Origin: Desulfomicrobium sp.
GTDB taxonomy: Bacteria; Desulfobacterota; Desulfovibrionia; Desulfovibrionales; Desulfomicrobiaceae
NCBI GenBank assembly: GCA_040768745.1
Contig: JAXGMI010000002.1
Span: 832,001-896,000, forward strand
Reading direction: 5' to 3'
Length of the DNA stretch: 64,000 bases
In this document: positions 38,835 through 49,738 of the stretch, in pieces
Numbering within the stretch: the stretch's first letter is position 1
Layout of the letters: each line of letters opens with the position of its first letter
Made by a program: the position numbers and the translations under genes
The notes under the pieces: generated by a model
The model's database searches: none
What the model was told of the DNA's origin: nothing
What the model saw: the letters and a program-made list of their open reading frames with translations, nothing else

Positions 38835-41129
38835 ATGAAGCGCTGGAAATGGATCATCACCGGAGGAGTGCAGGGCGTCGGCTTTCGGCCTTGCGTCTAC
38901 AGGTCTGCCCTGCAGGCCCGGGTCACCGGCCGGGTGGCCAACACCCCTCAGGGCGTGGTCATCGAGATCCAGGGCAGCGACGAGAGTCTCGCCGCCTTTG
39001 AGAGGATCTTTTCGGCCAACCTTCCTCCCCTGGCCAGGATCGTGACCTGGGAGCGGGAAAGGCTGCCCTCCATGGACCGGGAATCGGGATTCCTGATCAT
39101 GCAGAGCACCGGCGGCCACGGGCATCAGGTTCTAATCAGCCCGGACGTGGCCACCTGCGCCGAATGCCTGGCGGACATCCAGGACCCTGGAGGCCGACGC
39201 CACCGCTACGCCTTCACCAACTGCACCAACTGCGGACCGCGCTACACCATCACCCGCTCCATTCCCTACGACCGGGCCACCACATCCATGGCCTGTTTTC
39301 CCCTTTGCCCGGCGTGCACGTCGGAATACGAGGACCCCCTGAACCGCCGCTTTCACGCCCAGCCCAATGCCTGCCCCGAGTGCGGTCCACGGCTGTGGCT
39401 GACTGACCGGAACGGCTCGCGGCTGGCGGCCCAGGACCAGGCCATCGTCGAAGCCGCGCGCCTTCTGCTCGAGGGTCGGCTGTTGGCCATGAAAGGTCTC
39501 GGCGGATTCCACCTTGCCTGCGACGCGACGAACCAGGCATCCGTGGCTGAATTGCGTGCCCGCAAAAACCGCAGGGACAAGCCCCTGGCCGTCATGGTCC
39601 GTGACCTCCCTGCGGCCCGGGCCTTGTGCCATATCTCGGCAGCCGAAGAAACGCTTCTGACCGGGACCCAGCGGCCCATTGTCCTGCTGCGGTCCAGGGC
39701 AGGCACCAACCTGCCGGGACTGGCTCCTGACACGGAATACCTCGGCCTCATGCTCCCCTACACCCCGATGCACCATGTCCTGTTTTCGGAACTCTCCGCC
39801 CAGGCCAAGCACCAGACAGCGGCCCTGGTCATGACCTCCGGGAACATGAGTTCAGAACCCATCTGCCTCGGCAACCGCGAGGCCCTCCGCCGCCTGGGGG
39901 CAGTGGCCGACTGTTTCCTTTTTCATGACCGGGACATCCTCATCCGCTGCGACGATTCGGTCCTGCGCTGCGTGGATGACAGTCCCCAATTTCTCCGCCG
40001 GGGCCGGGGGTTCACGCCCTGGCCCGTGGATTTGACCGGGGACGGTCCCTCGATCCTGGGCGTGGGACCACAGCTGAAGAACACCATCTGTCTGACCAAA
40101 GGCAGTCAGGCCTTTGTCTCCCAACACCTCGGCGACCTGGAGAATCTCGAAACCTTCACCTTTTTCCAGGAGATCGTCACCCACCTGCGCAACATCCTGC
40201 AGGTGACGCCACAGGCCGTGATCCACGACCTCCATCCCGACTTTTTGAGCACCGGGTTTGCACTCCAATCCGGCCTTCCCTGTCTGCCCCTGCAACACCA
40301 CTTTGCCCATATCCATGCGGTTCTGGCCGAAAACCAGCATGCGGGTCCGGCCATCGGCCTGGCGCTGGATGGAACTGGCCTGGGCGACGACGGGACCATC
40401 TGGGGCGGCGAAGCGCTGATGGTGGATACTGGCAGCCTAGGACATCAGCGAGTGGCCCGATTCTCGCATGTCATGCTCCCGGGTGGGGACCTGGCCGCAC
40501 GCGAACCGTGGCGCGTGGCCAGATCCTATCTCCACGCCCTGGGCATCCTGGAGCCGGCACACAAGCCCTGGCCCTGGCTGGAAAGCAACTCCCGGGCGGA
40601 CAGGATCGTGTCCCAGATGCTTGACCGCAGACTGAATGCCCCCCTGTCCTCGAGCTGCGGCCGCCTTTTTGACGCCGTATCGGCCCTGCTCGGCCTGTGT
40701 CAGCTGGTTTCCTACGAAGGGCAGGCCGCCATCAGGCTGGAGGCAGCGCAAGACAACCAGGAAGAAAATGGATATGTGTGCCCCATAGTGGAGCATGAGG
40801 GATGCTGGGAGCTGGACACCCTGTCCCTTTTTGCCCAGGTTCACGCCCAGTGGCTGGACAACGAGCCGCCGGGGCTGATCAGCAGGCGCTTTCATCTTGG
40901 CCTCATGCGCGGGCTGACAGAGCTCTGTGCCAGGCTGAGCCAGCAATGGTCCTGCCCCACCGTGGCCTTGAGCGGCGGAGTGATGCAGAACCTGACCCTG
41001 GCCCGCGAGCTGCCCCGCCTCTTGGCTGACCAAGGGCTGCATGTGCTCACCCACCGCTTCCTGCCGCCCAATGATGCCTGCATCTCCCTCGGACAGGCCG
41101 CCTATGGCAGGCTGGCTCTCAAACCTTAA
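38835..41129 (+). CDS. hypF: [NiFe]-hydrogenase maturation carbamoyltransferase
   Basis: GGVQGVGFRP, Zn fingers (CTNCGPRY, RRFHAQPNACPECGP), KGLGGFHL, HDLHP, QHHFAH, DGTG, PPND. Confidence 0.96.
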   Translation: MKRWKWIITGGVQGVGFRPCVYRSALQARVTGRVANTPQGVVIEIQGSDESLAAFERIFSANLPPLARIVTWERERLPSMDRESGFLIMQSTGGHGHQVLISPDVATCAECLADIQDPGGRRHRYAFTNCTNCGPRYTITRSIPYDRATTSMACFPLCPACTSEYEDPLNRRFHAQPNACPECGPRLWLTDRNGSRLAAQDQAIVEAARLLLEGRLLAMKGLGGFHLACDATNQASVAELRARKNRRDKPLAVMVRDLPAARALCHISAAEETLLTGTQRPIVLLRSRAGTNLPGLAPDTEYLGLMLPYTPMHHVLFSELSAQAKHQTAALVMTSGNMSSEPICLGNREALRRLGAVADCFLFHDRDILIRCDDSVLRCVDDSPQFLRRGRGFTPWPVDLTGDGPSILGVGPQLKNTICLTKGSQAFVSQHLGDLENLETFTFFQEIVTHLRNILQVTPQAVIHDLHPDFLSTGFALQSGLPCLPLQHHFAHIHAVLAENQHAGPAIGLALDGTGLGDDGTIWGGEALMVDTGSLGHQRVARFSHVMLPGGDLAAREPWRVARSYLHALGILEPAHKPWPWLESNSRADRIVSQMLDRRLNAPLSSSCGRLFDAVSALLGLCQLVSYEGQAAIRLEAAQDNQEENGYVCPIVEHEGCWELDTLSLFAQVHAQWLDNEPPGLISRRFHLGLMRGLTELCARLSQQWSCPTVALSGGVMQNLTLARELPRLLADQGLHVLTHRFLPPNDACISLGQAAYGRLALKP

Positions 41130-41142
41130 CCGGAGAGTAGAG

Positions 41143-42981
41143 ATGGACGCTTTGGACAAGATACGCCGATTCTTTGGCGCGACGTGGAAGGTTCTGGGCT
41201 GGATCCGGAGCGCCGTTGCCAACATCGTGTTCCTCCTGCTCCTGGCCTTTGTGCTGGTTGGCCTTCTCGGGGACAAGGAAGAGCCTCTGGAGGCAAATTC
41301 CGTCCTGGTCATTGATCCCGACGGCCAACTGGTGGAGGAAAGTGTAGCCCCGGAGCCAGCCGAGATCTTTTTGAAAAAGATGGGCCGCGAACCGTCCAAG
41401 GCCGAGGAGAGCAAAGCCCAGGACGTCATCGACGCCATCCGCCAGGCAGCAGGCGATTCCAGGATCAAGGCCGTGGTCATCGATCCAGGGGATCTGATCG
41501 GCTGCGACACAACCAAGCTCATGGATATCGGCAAGGCCCTGCGGAACTTCAAGGAGAGCGGCAAGCCGGTTTTGGCCCATTCCTCCTTCTACACCCAGGG
41601 TCAGTTCCTCCTGGCCTCTTATGCGGACGCGGTCTACCTGAGTCCCCTGGGTGGGGTGTCCCTGACCGGATTCGGCACCTATCCGACCTACTTCAAGGGC
41701 CTTCTGGACAAGGCCAGGGTCAATGTCCACGTCTACAGGGTTGGCGAGTACAAGACAGCGGTGGAGCCATTCCTGCGTGACTCCATGTCCGAACAGGCCA
41801 GGGAGTCCAATCGCGAGTGGCTCGACGCCCTGTGGCAGGCCTACCTGAACGAGGCGGCCCGGAACCGGAGCATTTCGACCGAGTCCATTCTGGCATACGT
41901 CAACAATATCGACACGAAGCTCGGCGCGGTTGGGGGCGATGCAGCCCGCTTGGCCGTGACCACCAAACTCGTGGACGACATCAAGACCATCGACCAGTTC
42001 GATCTCATCCTGGCCACCAAGATAGGACTCAAGCCTGAAGATGTGCACCGGGTCGGTTTCAAGGACTATCTGCGCCTCTCACCCTATGAGAAGCCCATCA
42101 GCAGGGAGATGATCGGCGTCATCCGGGCGCGGGGTCCCATTGTCCCAGGGCAGCAGCCCGAGAGCATGACCGGCAGCGAGTCCGTGGCCGATCTCTTCAG
42201 GCAGGCCCGCCAGGATCCGTCCATCGTGGCCGTGGTATTGCGTCTGGACAGCTCTGGCGGAAGTGCCACGGCCGCCGAGGACATCCATCGTGAAATCGTC
42301 CGCACCCAGGACGCCGGCAAACCGGTGGTGGTTTCCCTGGGCAGCGTGGCCGCGTCCGGCGCCTACTGGATCGCGGCCGGAGCCAACCGCATCGTGGCGG
42401 CCCCCACCACCCTGACCGGGTCCATCGGCATCTTCGCCGCCTTCCCCACCTTTGAAAACACGGCCAGGGACTGGGGCGTGACCACCGACGGAGTCGGCAC
42501 CACCGACATCGCAGACCTGGGCAATCCCCTGCGGCCCATCCCGCCCCGGGTCAGCACTTCCATACAATTCCTGCTGGAACACGGGTACAAGGTCTTTCTG
42601 GACCGAGTGGCCAAGGGCCGGAGGATGACAGCCCCCGAGGTGGAGGAGTTGGCCCAGGGCAAAGTGTTTCTGGGCCAGACAGCTCTCGCACGCAAGCTGG
42701 TGGACCAGGCCGGAGGCCTGGATGAAGCCATCAAGGCAGCAGCGGATCTCGCCGGCCTGACCAACGCGGCCAGCCGTGATCTGCGCAGAGAACCGACCCC
42801 GCGCGAAAAACTGCTCCAAAACATCTTCTCCTCTGGCGCGGCCCTGCTCCTGCCCCGCACTTCCGGGCCCATGACCTCCCTGCTCCACGTGGCGCGGGAA
42901 CATGCGGAACTGCTGGACTCGTTTACCGATCCCCATCACATCTACGCCCGCAGCCTCGAATGCGAGGCCGTGACACGCTGA
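41143..42981 (+). CDS. sppA: Signal peptide peptidase SppA (67K type)
   Basis: N-terminal TM, VGEYKTAVEP, VAASGAYW, TLTGSIG. Confidence 0.93.
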   Translation: MDALDKIRRFFGATWKVLGWIRSAVANIVFLLLLAFVLVGLLGDKEEPLEANSVLVIDPDGQLVEESVAPEPAEIFLKKMGREPSKAEESKAQDVIDAIRQAAGDSRIKAVVIDPGDLIGCDTTKLMDIGKALRNFKESGKPVLAHSSFYTQGQFLLASYADAVYLSPLGGVSLTGFGTYPTYFKGLLDKARVNVHVYRVGEYKTAVEPFLRDSMSEQARESNREWLDALWQAYLNEAARNRSISTESILAYVNNIDTKLGAVGGDAARLAVTTKLVDDIKTIDQFDLILATKIGLKPEDVHRVGFKDYLRLSPYEKPISREMIGVIRARGPIVPGQQPESMTGSESVADLFRQARQDPSIVAVVLRLDSSGGSATAAEDIHREIVRTQDAGKPVVVSLGSVAASGAYWIAAGANRIVAAPTTLTGSIGIFAAFPTFENTARDWGVTTDGVGTTDIADLGNPLRPIPPRVSTSIQFLLEHGYKVFLDRVAKGRRMTAPEVEELAQGKVFLGQTALARKLVDQAGGLDEAIKAAADLAGLTNAASRDLRREPTPREKLLQNIFSSGAALLLPRTSGPMTSLLHVAREHAELLDSFTDPHHIYARSLECEAVTR

Positions 42982-42987
42982 GTTCCT

Positions 42988-43021
42988 GCCGCCCGGTGCA
43001 CGGCACCGTGCACCGGGCGGC
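42988..43021. other. Perfect 16-bp-stem hairpin after sppA, no U-tract
   Basis: GCCGCCCGGTGCACGG-CA-CCGTGCACCGGGCGGC. Confidence 0.7.
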
Positions 43022-43158
43022 TCCCCGTCTCAATTGCGTCTTGCCAACCCCGGCCTTAAAGTCTAAAAAATTTAGTTTTCCTCATGTGGGAGAAGCCATC
43101 CTGCATGGTCCCCACGAACCACAGCCGCCGCGCCCGCGGCATGACCCACGGTGCCCCC

Positions 43159-46100
43159 ATGCCTCAGAAAGGACCCCATATATCCCTCGCTCCCGAACGC
43201 CTGGTCAAACGCGTCCTGGGACTGCCCCTGGAGGAGTTCCAGACCTGGCCTGAATACCTGCAGCAGCTGGCCCTGGAGCTGGCCGAAGAGATGTTCATCA
43301 TCCGCTACAACCCGTTCATCCCTCCCAGGACCGTGCGTCAGAGCGTCACTGCCCGGCTGGAGGCTGATCGGGCGGCCCTGTCCCCTGAATATTTCCGTGA
43401 GCTTTCCGCATGCCTGGACCGGTTCTGGCAGAATTTCGAATCGGATCAGAAATTCAAGGCCAACCTCATCACCCGCATGTCCGCCATCCTGGACAAGGAG
43501 CAGATCGTCTCCGCAGCCAACAACCTGATCGAATGCTCCACGGATGCCACGGACCTGCGCATGGAGCTGCCTGCCCTGGTGGTTTTTCCGGAAAACACCC
43601 AGCAGATTCAGGGCATCATCCGTTTGGCCAATGAGATGGGATTCCCCATTGTGCCTCGGGGCGGCGGTTCGGGCATGACCGGAGGGGCGGTGCCAGCCAA
43701 GCCCCGGACTGTGATCCTGAGCTTGAGCCGCTTGAAGGAAATCATCGATGTCGATCCGGACAACCGGACCATCACCCTGCAGTCCGGGGTCATCACCCTG
43801 AACGCCATTCAGGCCGCCGCGGAAAAAAACCTGCTTTTCACCGTGGATCCGGCCTCCAAGGCCGCATCGTCCATCGGGGGCAATATCTCTGAAAATGCGG
43901 GAGGCCCCTATGCCTTTGAATACGGCACCACCCTGGACAACCTGCTGTCCTACAAAATGGTCCTGCCCACCGGCGAGCTGATTCAGATCAGGCGGGTTGA
44001 CCATCCCTGGCACAAGATCATGCCCGACGAGACGCCTGTCTTTGAGATCCTCGACGCGGTGGGCACCCGCAAGGACACCATTGTCCTCAAGGGTGACGAG
44101 ATCCGTGGGGCGGCCCTGGGCAAGGACGTGACCAACAAGTTCCTGGGCGGGCTTCCCGGCGTGCAGAAGGAAGGCGTGGATGGCATCATCACCGAGGCAA
44201 CCTTCACCCTGCACCCGAACCTGCCTCATTCCAGGGTCATGTGCCTGGAATTTTACGGCAACTCCATGCGCAACGCCATGTTCGTCATCAAGGACATCGT
44301 GGCCATGCGCGACGAGATCCGCTCCCAGGGCGATCTGGTCAAGCTCTCGGCCCTGGAGGAATTCGGCATCAAATATGTGCAGGCCATCGAATACTCCAAG
44401 AAGTCACAGAAATTCGACGGCATCCCCATCTCGGTGCTCATCATCCAGCTCGACTCCACCGACGAAGAGGCCGTGTTCTCGGCGGTGCGCCGCATCGTCG
44501 AAATCTGCGACGCCTACGACAACGTGGAGAGCTTCGTGGCCGCCGACGCACACGAGGCCGAGGTGTTCTGGCACGACCGGCATCAGCTCTCGGCCATCTC
44601 CAAACGCACCAGCGGCTTCAAGCTCAACGAAGACATCGTCATCCCCCTGGAAGTCATCCCTGATTTTTCGGATTTTCTGGAGGAGCAGAACCTCTACTAC
44701 CTGGCCATTGCCTACCGCGAAGCCCTGCAGCAGGTACAGGCCCTTCAGGGGATCGAGGTTGACGACGAGTTCATCCGCATGGAGATGGACGTGGCCATGT
44801 CCATCATCAAGGGCAAAACCGCCAAGGACGAATTGCCGGAGCAGGAACTGCAGCTGCAGACATCCTTCTTCTTCCAGCACCTCAAAGGGAAATACCCCAA
44901 ACTGCACGAAGACCTGACCAAGATCTTCGAAAACATGCAGAACACCCGCATCGTCATCGCCAACCACATGCACGCCGGCGACGGGAACTGCCACGTCAAT
45001 CTTCCGGTCAATTCCAACGACCCGCGCATGCTCGCCCTGGCCGAGGAGGCCGTGGAAAAGATCTTCCGCAAGGTCCTGGCCCTGAAAGGCCAGGTCTCTG
45101 GGGAGCACGGCATCGGCATCACCAAGATCGCCTTCCTGGCCGAGGACAAGATCGCGGCCCTGCGCGCCTACAAAAAGAAGGTGGACCCCAACAATATCTT
45201 CAACCCCGGAAAGTTGACCCAGCGGGACTTGGTGGTGGTGCCCTACACCTTCTCCTTCAATCGCCTGATCAAAGACATCAACAAGACCGCCCTCCCCGGG
45301 AAGGAAAGCCTGATCCATCTCCTGCTCAACGTGCAGACCTGCACCCGCTGCGGGAAATGCAAGCAGGTCTGCCCCATGTACCTGCCCCAGAAGGGCCTGC
45401 TCTTCCATCCGCGCAACAAGAACATCACCCTGGGCGCCCTGGTTGAGGCCATCTACTATTCCCAGCTGCAGAAAGGGGAACCCGACCCGAGACTGCTGGA
45501 TGAACTGCGCGGCATCCTCGAACACTGCACGGCCTGTGGGAAATGCTACGCCATCTGCCCGGTCAAGATCCGCACCCAGGACGTCACCCTGCAGATGCGT
45601 TCCTACCTGGAGGAGAAAGGCGCTGGCGGGCATCCGTTCAAGAACCGGATCCTTAATCTCCTCAGCCAGGACCCGCAGACCGTGCTGCCCAGGGTGGCCA
45701 AGCTGGCCGGAATCGGTCAGGAGCTGGGCAACCGGGCCGTGCACGTGCTTCCGGCCCGATGGAGAGAGCGCCTGGACAACCCCCTTTTCCGGGGTCAGGG
45801 GCCGGCCACCCAGTTCACAAACCTGAAAGAGGCCCTGCGCCTTTCCAAGGGCAATATCTTCACCCAGGAAGGGACTGCCTCCAAACGGGCCGCACTCTAT
45901 TTCCCAGGTTGCGGGGCCAGCCTGTTCTACCGCTCCATCGGCATGGCCGCGGTCCGGCTGCTGCTCGATGCCGGGGTGAGCGTGGCCCTGCCCCCGGATC
46001 ACCTGTGCTGCGGGTATCCCCTGCTGGCCTCGGGCTGCCGGGACCAGTTTGAACGCATGGGCGCCCAGAACCAGAAATCCCTGGAAAACCTCATCCGGCA

Positions 46101-46710
46101 GGCCGAATCCAATGGATTTATCATCAAGTCCATGCTGACCTCCTGCGGAACCTGCCGCGAAGGGATCAAGGACTACCGCCTCAAATCCCTGGAAACCAGA
46201 CAGGTGGAGCACATGGACGTGGTCCAGTTCATCATGCAGCAGACCAAGGCCGGATTCGCCAAGGGGCCCGAGCGCCTGCTCTACCACGCAGCCTGCCACC
46301 ACGAATGGACAGGGGTTCCGGCCCTCAAGGCCGGCGACATATACGCCCGGGAACTGGGCAAGCTGGTCGGCTCCACTGTGGACATCTCGCCCTACTGCTG
46401 CGGCGAATCCGGTCTGGGGGCCTTGACCTCCCCCAAGATCTACAACCGGCTGCGGGCCAGAAAAAAAGAGCAGATGACCCGGGATCTGGCCGGTTATCCG
46501 GTTCAGAACCCTGTGGTTGTGGGCTGTCCGTCATGCAAGATCGGCGTCAGCCGAACCCTCATGGAACTGCACCAGTCCCGCGAGGTCCTGCACACCCTGG
46601 AATTCCTGGCTGCCCTGCGGCACGGGAGTTCCTGGCGCAAGGACTTCCACAAGCAGCTGGCCAGGGCCGAATTCCATGACGGGGTGCAGGTCATTGCCAG
46701 GGTCCCATGA
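43159..46710 (+). CDS. FAD-linked oxidase fused to 4Fe-4S and CCG domains (GlcD/GlcF-like fusion)
   Basis: VPRGGGSG, ENAGG, HAGDGNCH, SGEHGIG, NPGK, CTRCGKCKQVCP, CTACGKCYAICP, CCG motifs. Confidence 0.9.
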   Translation: MPQKGPHISLAPERLVKRVLGLPLEEFQTWPEYLQQLALELAEEMFIIRYNPFIPPRTVRQSVTARLEADRAALSPEYFRELSACLDRFWQNFESDQKFKANLITRMSAILDKEQIVSAANNLIECSTDATDLRMELPALVVFPENTQQIQGIIRLANEMGFPIVPRGGGSGMTGGAVPAKPRTVILSLSRLKEIIDVDPDNRTITLQSGVITLNAIQAAAEKNLLFTVDPASKAASSIGGNISENAGGPYAFEYGTTLDNLLSYKMVLPTGELIQIRRVDHPWHKIMPDETPVFEILDAVGTRKDTIVLKGDEIRGAALGKDVTNKFLGGLPGVQKEGVDGIITEATFTLHPNLPHSRVMCLEFYGNSMRNAMFVIKDIVAMRDEIRSQGDLVKLSALEEFGIKYVQAIEYSKKSQKFDGIPISVLIIQLDSTDEEAVFSAVRRIVEICDAYDNVESFVAADAHEAEVFWHDRHQLSAISKRTSGFKLNEDIVIPLEVIPDFSDFLEEQNLYYLAIAYREALQQVQALQGIEVDDEFIRMEMDVAMSIIKGKTAKDELPEQELQLQTSFFFQHLKGKYPKLHEDLTKIFENMQNTRIVIANHMHAGDGNCHVNLPVNSNDPRMLALAEEAVEKIFRKVLALKGQVSGEHGIGITKIAFLAEDKIAALRAYKKKVDPNNIFNPGKLTQRDLVVVPYTFSFNRLIKDINKTALPGKESLIHLLLNVQTCTRCGKCKQVCPMYLPQKGLLFHPRNKNITLGALVEAIYYSQLQKGEPDPRLLDELRGILEHCTACGKCYAICPVKIRTQDVTLQMRSYLEEKGAGGHPFKNRILNLLSQDPQTVLPRVAKLAGIGQELGNRAVHVLPARWRERLDNPLFRGQGPATQFTNLKEALRLSKGNIFTQEGTASKRAALYFPGCGASLFYRSIGMAAVRLLLDAGVSVALPPDHLCCGYPLLASGCRDQFERMGAQNQKSLENLIRQAESNGFIIKSMLTSCGTCREGIKDYRLKSLETRQVEHMDVVQFIMQQTKAGFAKGPERLLYHAACHHEWTGVPALKAGDIYARELGKLVGSTVDISPYCCGESGLGALTSPKIYNRLRARKKEQMTRDLAGYPVQNPVVVGCPSCKIGVSRTLMELHQSREVLHTLEFLAALRHGSSWRKDFHKQLARAEFHDGVQVIARVP

Positions 46711-47108
46711 AACTCCTGGGCATCGACTACGGACAAAAGCGGGTCGGGCTGGCCATGACCCGGGGCGGCATGGTCTTCCCCTACAGGACCCTGCTCAAAA
46801 GCACGCGGGACAGACTTTTCGCTGAACTTCTGGCCATCATCGCCGCGGAAAACGTTGAGGCCATCGTGCTGGGCCTGCCCCTGGATCTCGACGGATCGGC
46901 AACCCTGACCACGCGTCAGGTTTACAATTTCCGGGACAGCCTGTCCCGACGCACCGACCTGCCCATCCATCTGGTCAACGAGGCCCTCACCTCTTTCGAG
47001 GCCAGGGATCGATTGCGACAAGCCGGAGTGCCCCAACGCAGGCATGCGGACATGCTGGACCAGATGGCGGCGGTCTGCATCCTCGAAAGTTTCATGGGAA
47101 AGCAATGA
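46707..47108 (+). CDS. ruvX: YqgF/RuvX pre-16S rRNA nuclease
   Basis: LLGIDYGQKRVGLA, VLGLP, NEALTS, DQMAA. Confidence 0.92.
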   Translation: MKLLGIDYGQKRVGLAMTRGGMVFPYRTLLKSTRDRLFAELLAIIAAENVEAIVLGLPLDLDGSATLTTRQVYNFRDSLSRRTDLPIHLVNEALTSFEARDRLRQAGVPQRRHADMLDQMAAVCILESFMGKQ

Positions 47109-48151
47109 AGCAGCATCTCAAATGGGTCCTGGCCGTGCTCGTGCTCTTCGCCCTCGGCGGGGCCGTGGCCCTGCTGGGCGCATGGCGTTTCCTGGAAACC
47201 CCCATGGACCCATCTTCCAACTCCACGGCAATTTTCACCATTGAAACGGGGGAGTCCCTGCGATCCGTAGCCTCCCGTCTGGATCGGGATGGATTCGTGC
47301 GCTGGGGTGAAGGTTTCCGCCTCTACGGGCGACTGCGCAAAATTCCGCTCCAGGCCGGGGAATTCGCCCTTTCCAAAGCCATGAGCCCGCGGGAAATCAT
47401 GCAGGAGCTCGCCTATGGCCAGCCCATCCTGTACCGTCTCCATTTCGCCGAAGGACTGACCATGCGGGAGGTGGCCCTGGCCGTGAACGCCACCGGCCTG
47501 ACGTCTGCCGAGCGTTTCCTGGCCGCCTGCCGGGACCGGGAATATCTCCGCAGACAAGGCATCAACGCCACTGATGCCGAGGGCTATCTCTTTCCGGAAA
47601 CCTATTTCTTTCCCCGCATTCCCGGGCAGGATCCCTATCCGATTTTGCATGCCCTGCTGGAGAGATTCCGCCAGAATACGGCCGGGCTGCCCCAGAACAG
47701 GAGCCCCGATGACCTGCACCGCACCCTCATTCTGGCCTCCCTGGTGGAAAAGGAAACGGCCATTCCAGCCGAACGCAGCCTCGTGGCGGGGGTGTATGCC
47801 AACCGGCTGCAGCACGGCATGCTCCTGCAGTGCGACCCGACCATCATCTATGGCCTGGGAGAGAACTTTGACGGGAATCTGAAAAAATCACATCTCCAGG
47901 ACGGGTCCAATCCCTATAATACCTATGTGCATCCAGGCCTGCCGCCTGGCCCCATCTGCTCGCCGGGAAAAGAGGCCCTGGAAGCGGCCTCGCAGCCGGA
48001 TGAACATGAATATCTCTATTTCGTGGCCCGTCCCGACGGGTCCCACCATTTCAGCCGGACCCTCAGGGAGCATACCAACGCGGTCATCAAGTATCAGCGC
48101 CGGGGCAGGGCCTTCCCAACTCCGGATTCAAGTGATGAGACCCCTCCATGA
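47105..48151 (+). CDS. mltG: Endolytic transglycosylase MltG
   Basis: EGYLFPETY, LASLVEKE, LQCDPT, PYNTY..PGLPPGPI, YLYFVA. Confidence 0.95.
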   Translation: MKQHLKWVLAVLVLFALGGAVALLGAWRFLETPMDPSSNSTAIFTIETGESLRSVASRLDRDGFVRWGEGFRLYGRLRKIPLQAGEFALSKAMSPREIMQELAYGQPILYRLHFAEGLTMREVALAVNATGLTSAERFLAACRDREYLRRQGINATDAEGYLFPETYFFPRIPGQDPYPILHALLERFRQNTAGLPQNRSPDDLHRTLILASLVEKETAIPAERSLVAGVYANRLQHGMLLQCDPTIIYGLGENFDGNLKKSHLQDGSNPYNTYVHPGLPPGPICSPGKEALEAASQPDEHEYLYFVARPDGSHHFSRTLREHTNAVIKYQRRGRAFPTPDSSDETPP

Positions 48152-48165
48152 CAGGCCGGCGCCAC

Positions 48166-48188
48166 CCCCGGAAAGCTCCGGGTTTTTT
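48166..48188 (+). terminator. Intrinsic terminator after mltG
   Basis: CCCGGA-AAGC-TCCGGG-TTTTTT. Confidence 0.75.
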
Positions 48189-48278
48189 GCCGGCGAGATC
48201 AATGCCTGTCCCCATCGCATCGGATTCCACGGGTCAGGTCCGCAAACCCATGCACTCCGGCACCAGAGGAGGGCCATT

Positions 48279-48815
48279 ATGATGCAATCCCGCCCTGTCA
48301 GTGAAAGCCAGACCCTGATGACCCACCGCCCCCTGCCTCAGGACGCCAATCCGGCCGGCAATGTGCACGGCGGTGTGATTCTGAAGCAGATCGACCTTGC
48401 CGGAGCCGTATGTGCCATGCGCCACGCCCGGGGACTCAGCGTGGTCACGGCCAGCATCGACCGCATGGAGTTCAAGGCTCCGGTGCAGGTGGGCGAATTG
48501 ATGCTGCTGATGGCCAGCGTGAACATGGTCGGGCAACATTCCATGGAAGTCGGGGTGCGCGTGGAGGTGGAGAATCTTTTCACCGGCGAAAAGCGGCACG
48601 CGGCCTCTGCCTATCTGACCTTCGTGGCCATGGGGCAGGACAGGAAACCAACCCAGGTTCCCGGGCTGGTGCTGGAAAACCCCGTGCACGAACGCCGCAA
48701 CCGCGAAGCCCTGATGCGCCGCCAGCTTCGCCAGGAAGAGCGCGTGCGTGAACGCCAGGCCCAGGAGTCCCAGAAGACCGCCCTGAATCGCCAGGATCCC
48801 TCGGCCATGGGTTGA
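48279..48815 (+). CDS. Acyl-CoA thioesterase (YciA/hotdog family)
   Basis: DANPAGNVHGG, VVTASID, SMEVGV, YLTFVA. Confidence 0.9.
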   Translation: MMQSRPVSESQTLMTHRPLPQDANPAGNVHGGVILKQIDLAGAVCAMRHARGLSVVTASIDRMEFKAPVQVGELMLLMASVNMVGQHSMEVGVRVEVENLFTGEKRHAASAYLTFVAMGQDRKPTQVPGLVLENPVHERRNREALMRRQLRQEERVRERQAQESQKTALNRQDPSAMG

Positions 48816-48895
48816 AAACCGCCCACTCCGCCATTTACAGTCGGGTGGCATTCGCTTAGGTGATCCCTCGTTTTCCCATCCAGGAGTGTTCTTCC

Positions 48896-49525
48896 ATGCA
48901 CGCAATCGTTATTCTCGTGGCGTCCTATATCGCCCTGCAGATCTTCTCCGATGTGGGCTCCCTGCGCATTGTCATGCTTGGCGGCATGTCCATCGACGCC
49001 GGCACGTTCATCTACCCTCTGACCTTCACCCTGCGGGACATGGTCCACAAAACCATGGGCAAGCAGGGGGCGCGGCTCATGATCGTCACCGCTGCGGGGT
49101 TCAACCTGCTCATGGCCCTATATTTCTGGCTGGTGGCCTGTCTTCCGGCAGATCTGGCCGTGGGGACGCAGGAAGAGTTCGGCCAGGTCCTGGCCCCGCT
49201 CTGGCGCCTGGTTTTCGCGTCCATCATCGCCGAGGTCGTGGCCGAATTGACGGACACGGAGGTGTACAGTTTGTGGAAGGAGCGAGTCACTCACCGGTTC
49301 CAATGGTCCCGCGTGCTTGTCAGCAACGCGGTCAGCATCCCTCTGGACAGTCTGATCTTCTGCTGGATCGCCTTTGGAGGGCTGTTCGAGGCCAGTGTGG
49401 TGTGGTCCATCTTTCTGAGCAACACCCTGATCAAATCTGCGGTCACCCTGATCTCCCTGCCCGGTATCTATCTGGTCAAGGAAAAAGCCTCCCTCAAGGC
49501 AGACGAGGCCCGCACACGCTGCTGA
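48896..49525 (+). CDS. yhhQ: Queuosine-precursor (VUT family) transporter
   Basis: AGTFIYPLTFTLRD, RLVFAS, RVLVSNAVSIPLDSLIF. Multi-TM. Confidence 0.82.
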   Translation: MHAIVILVASYIALQIFSDVGSLRIVMLGGMSIDAGTFIYPLTFTLRDMVHKTMGKQGARLMIVTAAGFNLLMALYFWLVACLPADLAVGTQEEFGQVLAPLWRLVFASIIAEVVAELTDTEVYSLWKERVTHRFQWSRVLVSNAVSIPLDSLIFCWIAFGGLFEASVVWSIFLSNTLIKSAVTLISLPGIYLVKEKASLKADEARTRC

Positions 49526-49673
49526 CCCAGACCGGGCTGGCTGAAACACCCCTTGCCCAGGCACAAGGTAGAGACAGGATCGAGACGGAAAAACTGTTGC
49601 ATCTGACGCAAGCAGCCTGCCCGGGGCCTCCTCACATGCGGGAACAGGTGGTCACGTAACCGCAGAGTGTTGC

Positions 49674-49711
49674 AAAAAAAAGACGCCTGGAGGCAATCCA
49701 CCGGGCGTCTT
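49674..49711 (-). terminator. Intrinsic terminator of the small helical-protein gene
   Basis: AAGACGCCtGG...CCgGGCGTCTT with an A-run on its left. Confidence 0.7.
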
Positions 49712-49738
49712 GTGAACTTCAGGAGCGGGTTTAGCGTG

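Noticed and set aside
48816..48895. preQ1 riboswitch upstream of yhhQ
   Set aside because: No AGAGGTTCTAG-like stem with an A-rich tail or other recognisable preQ1 motif.
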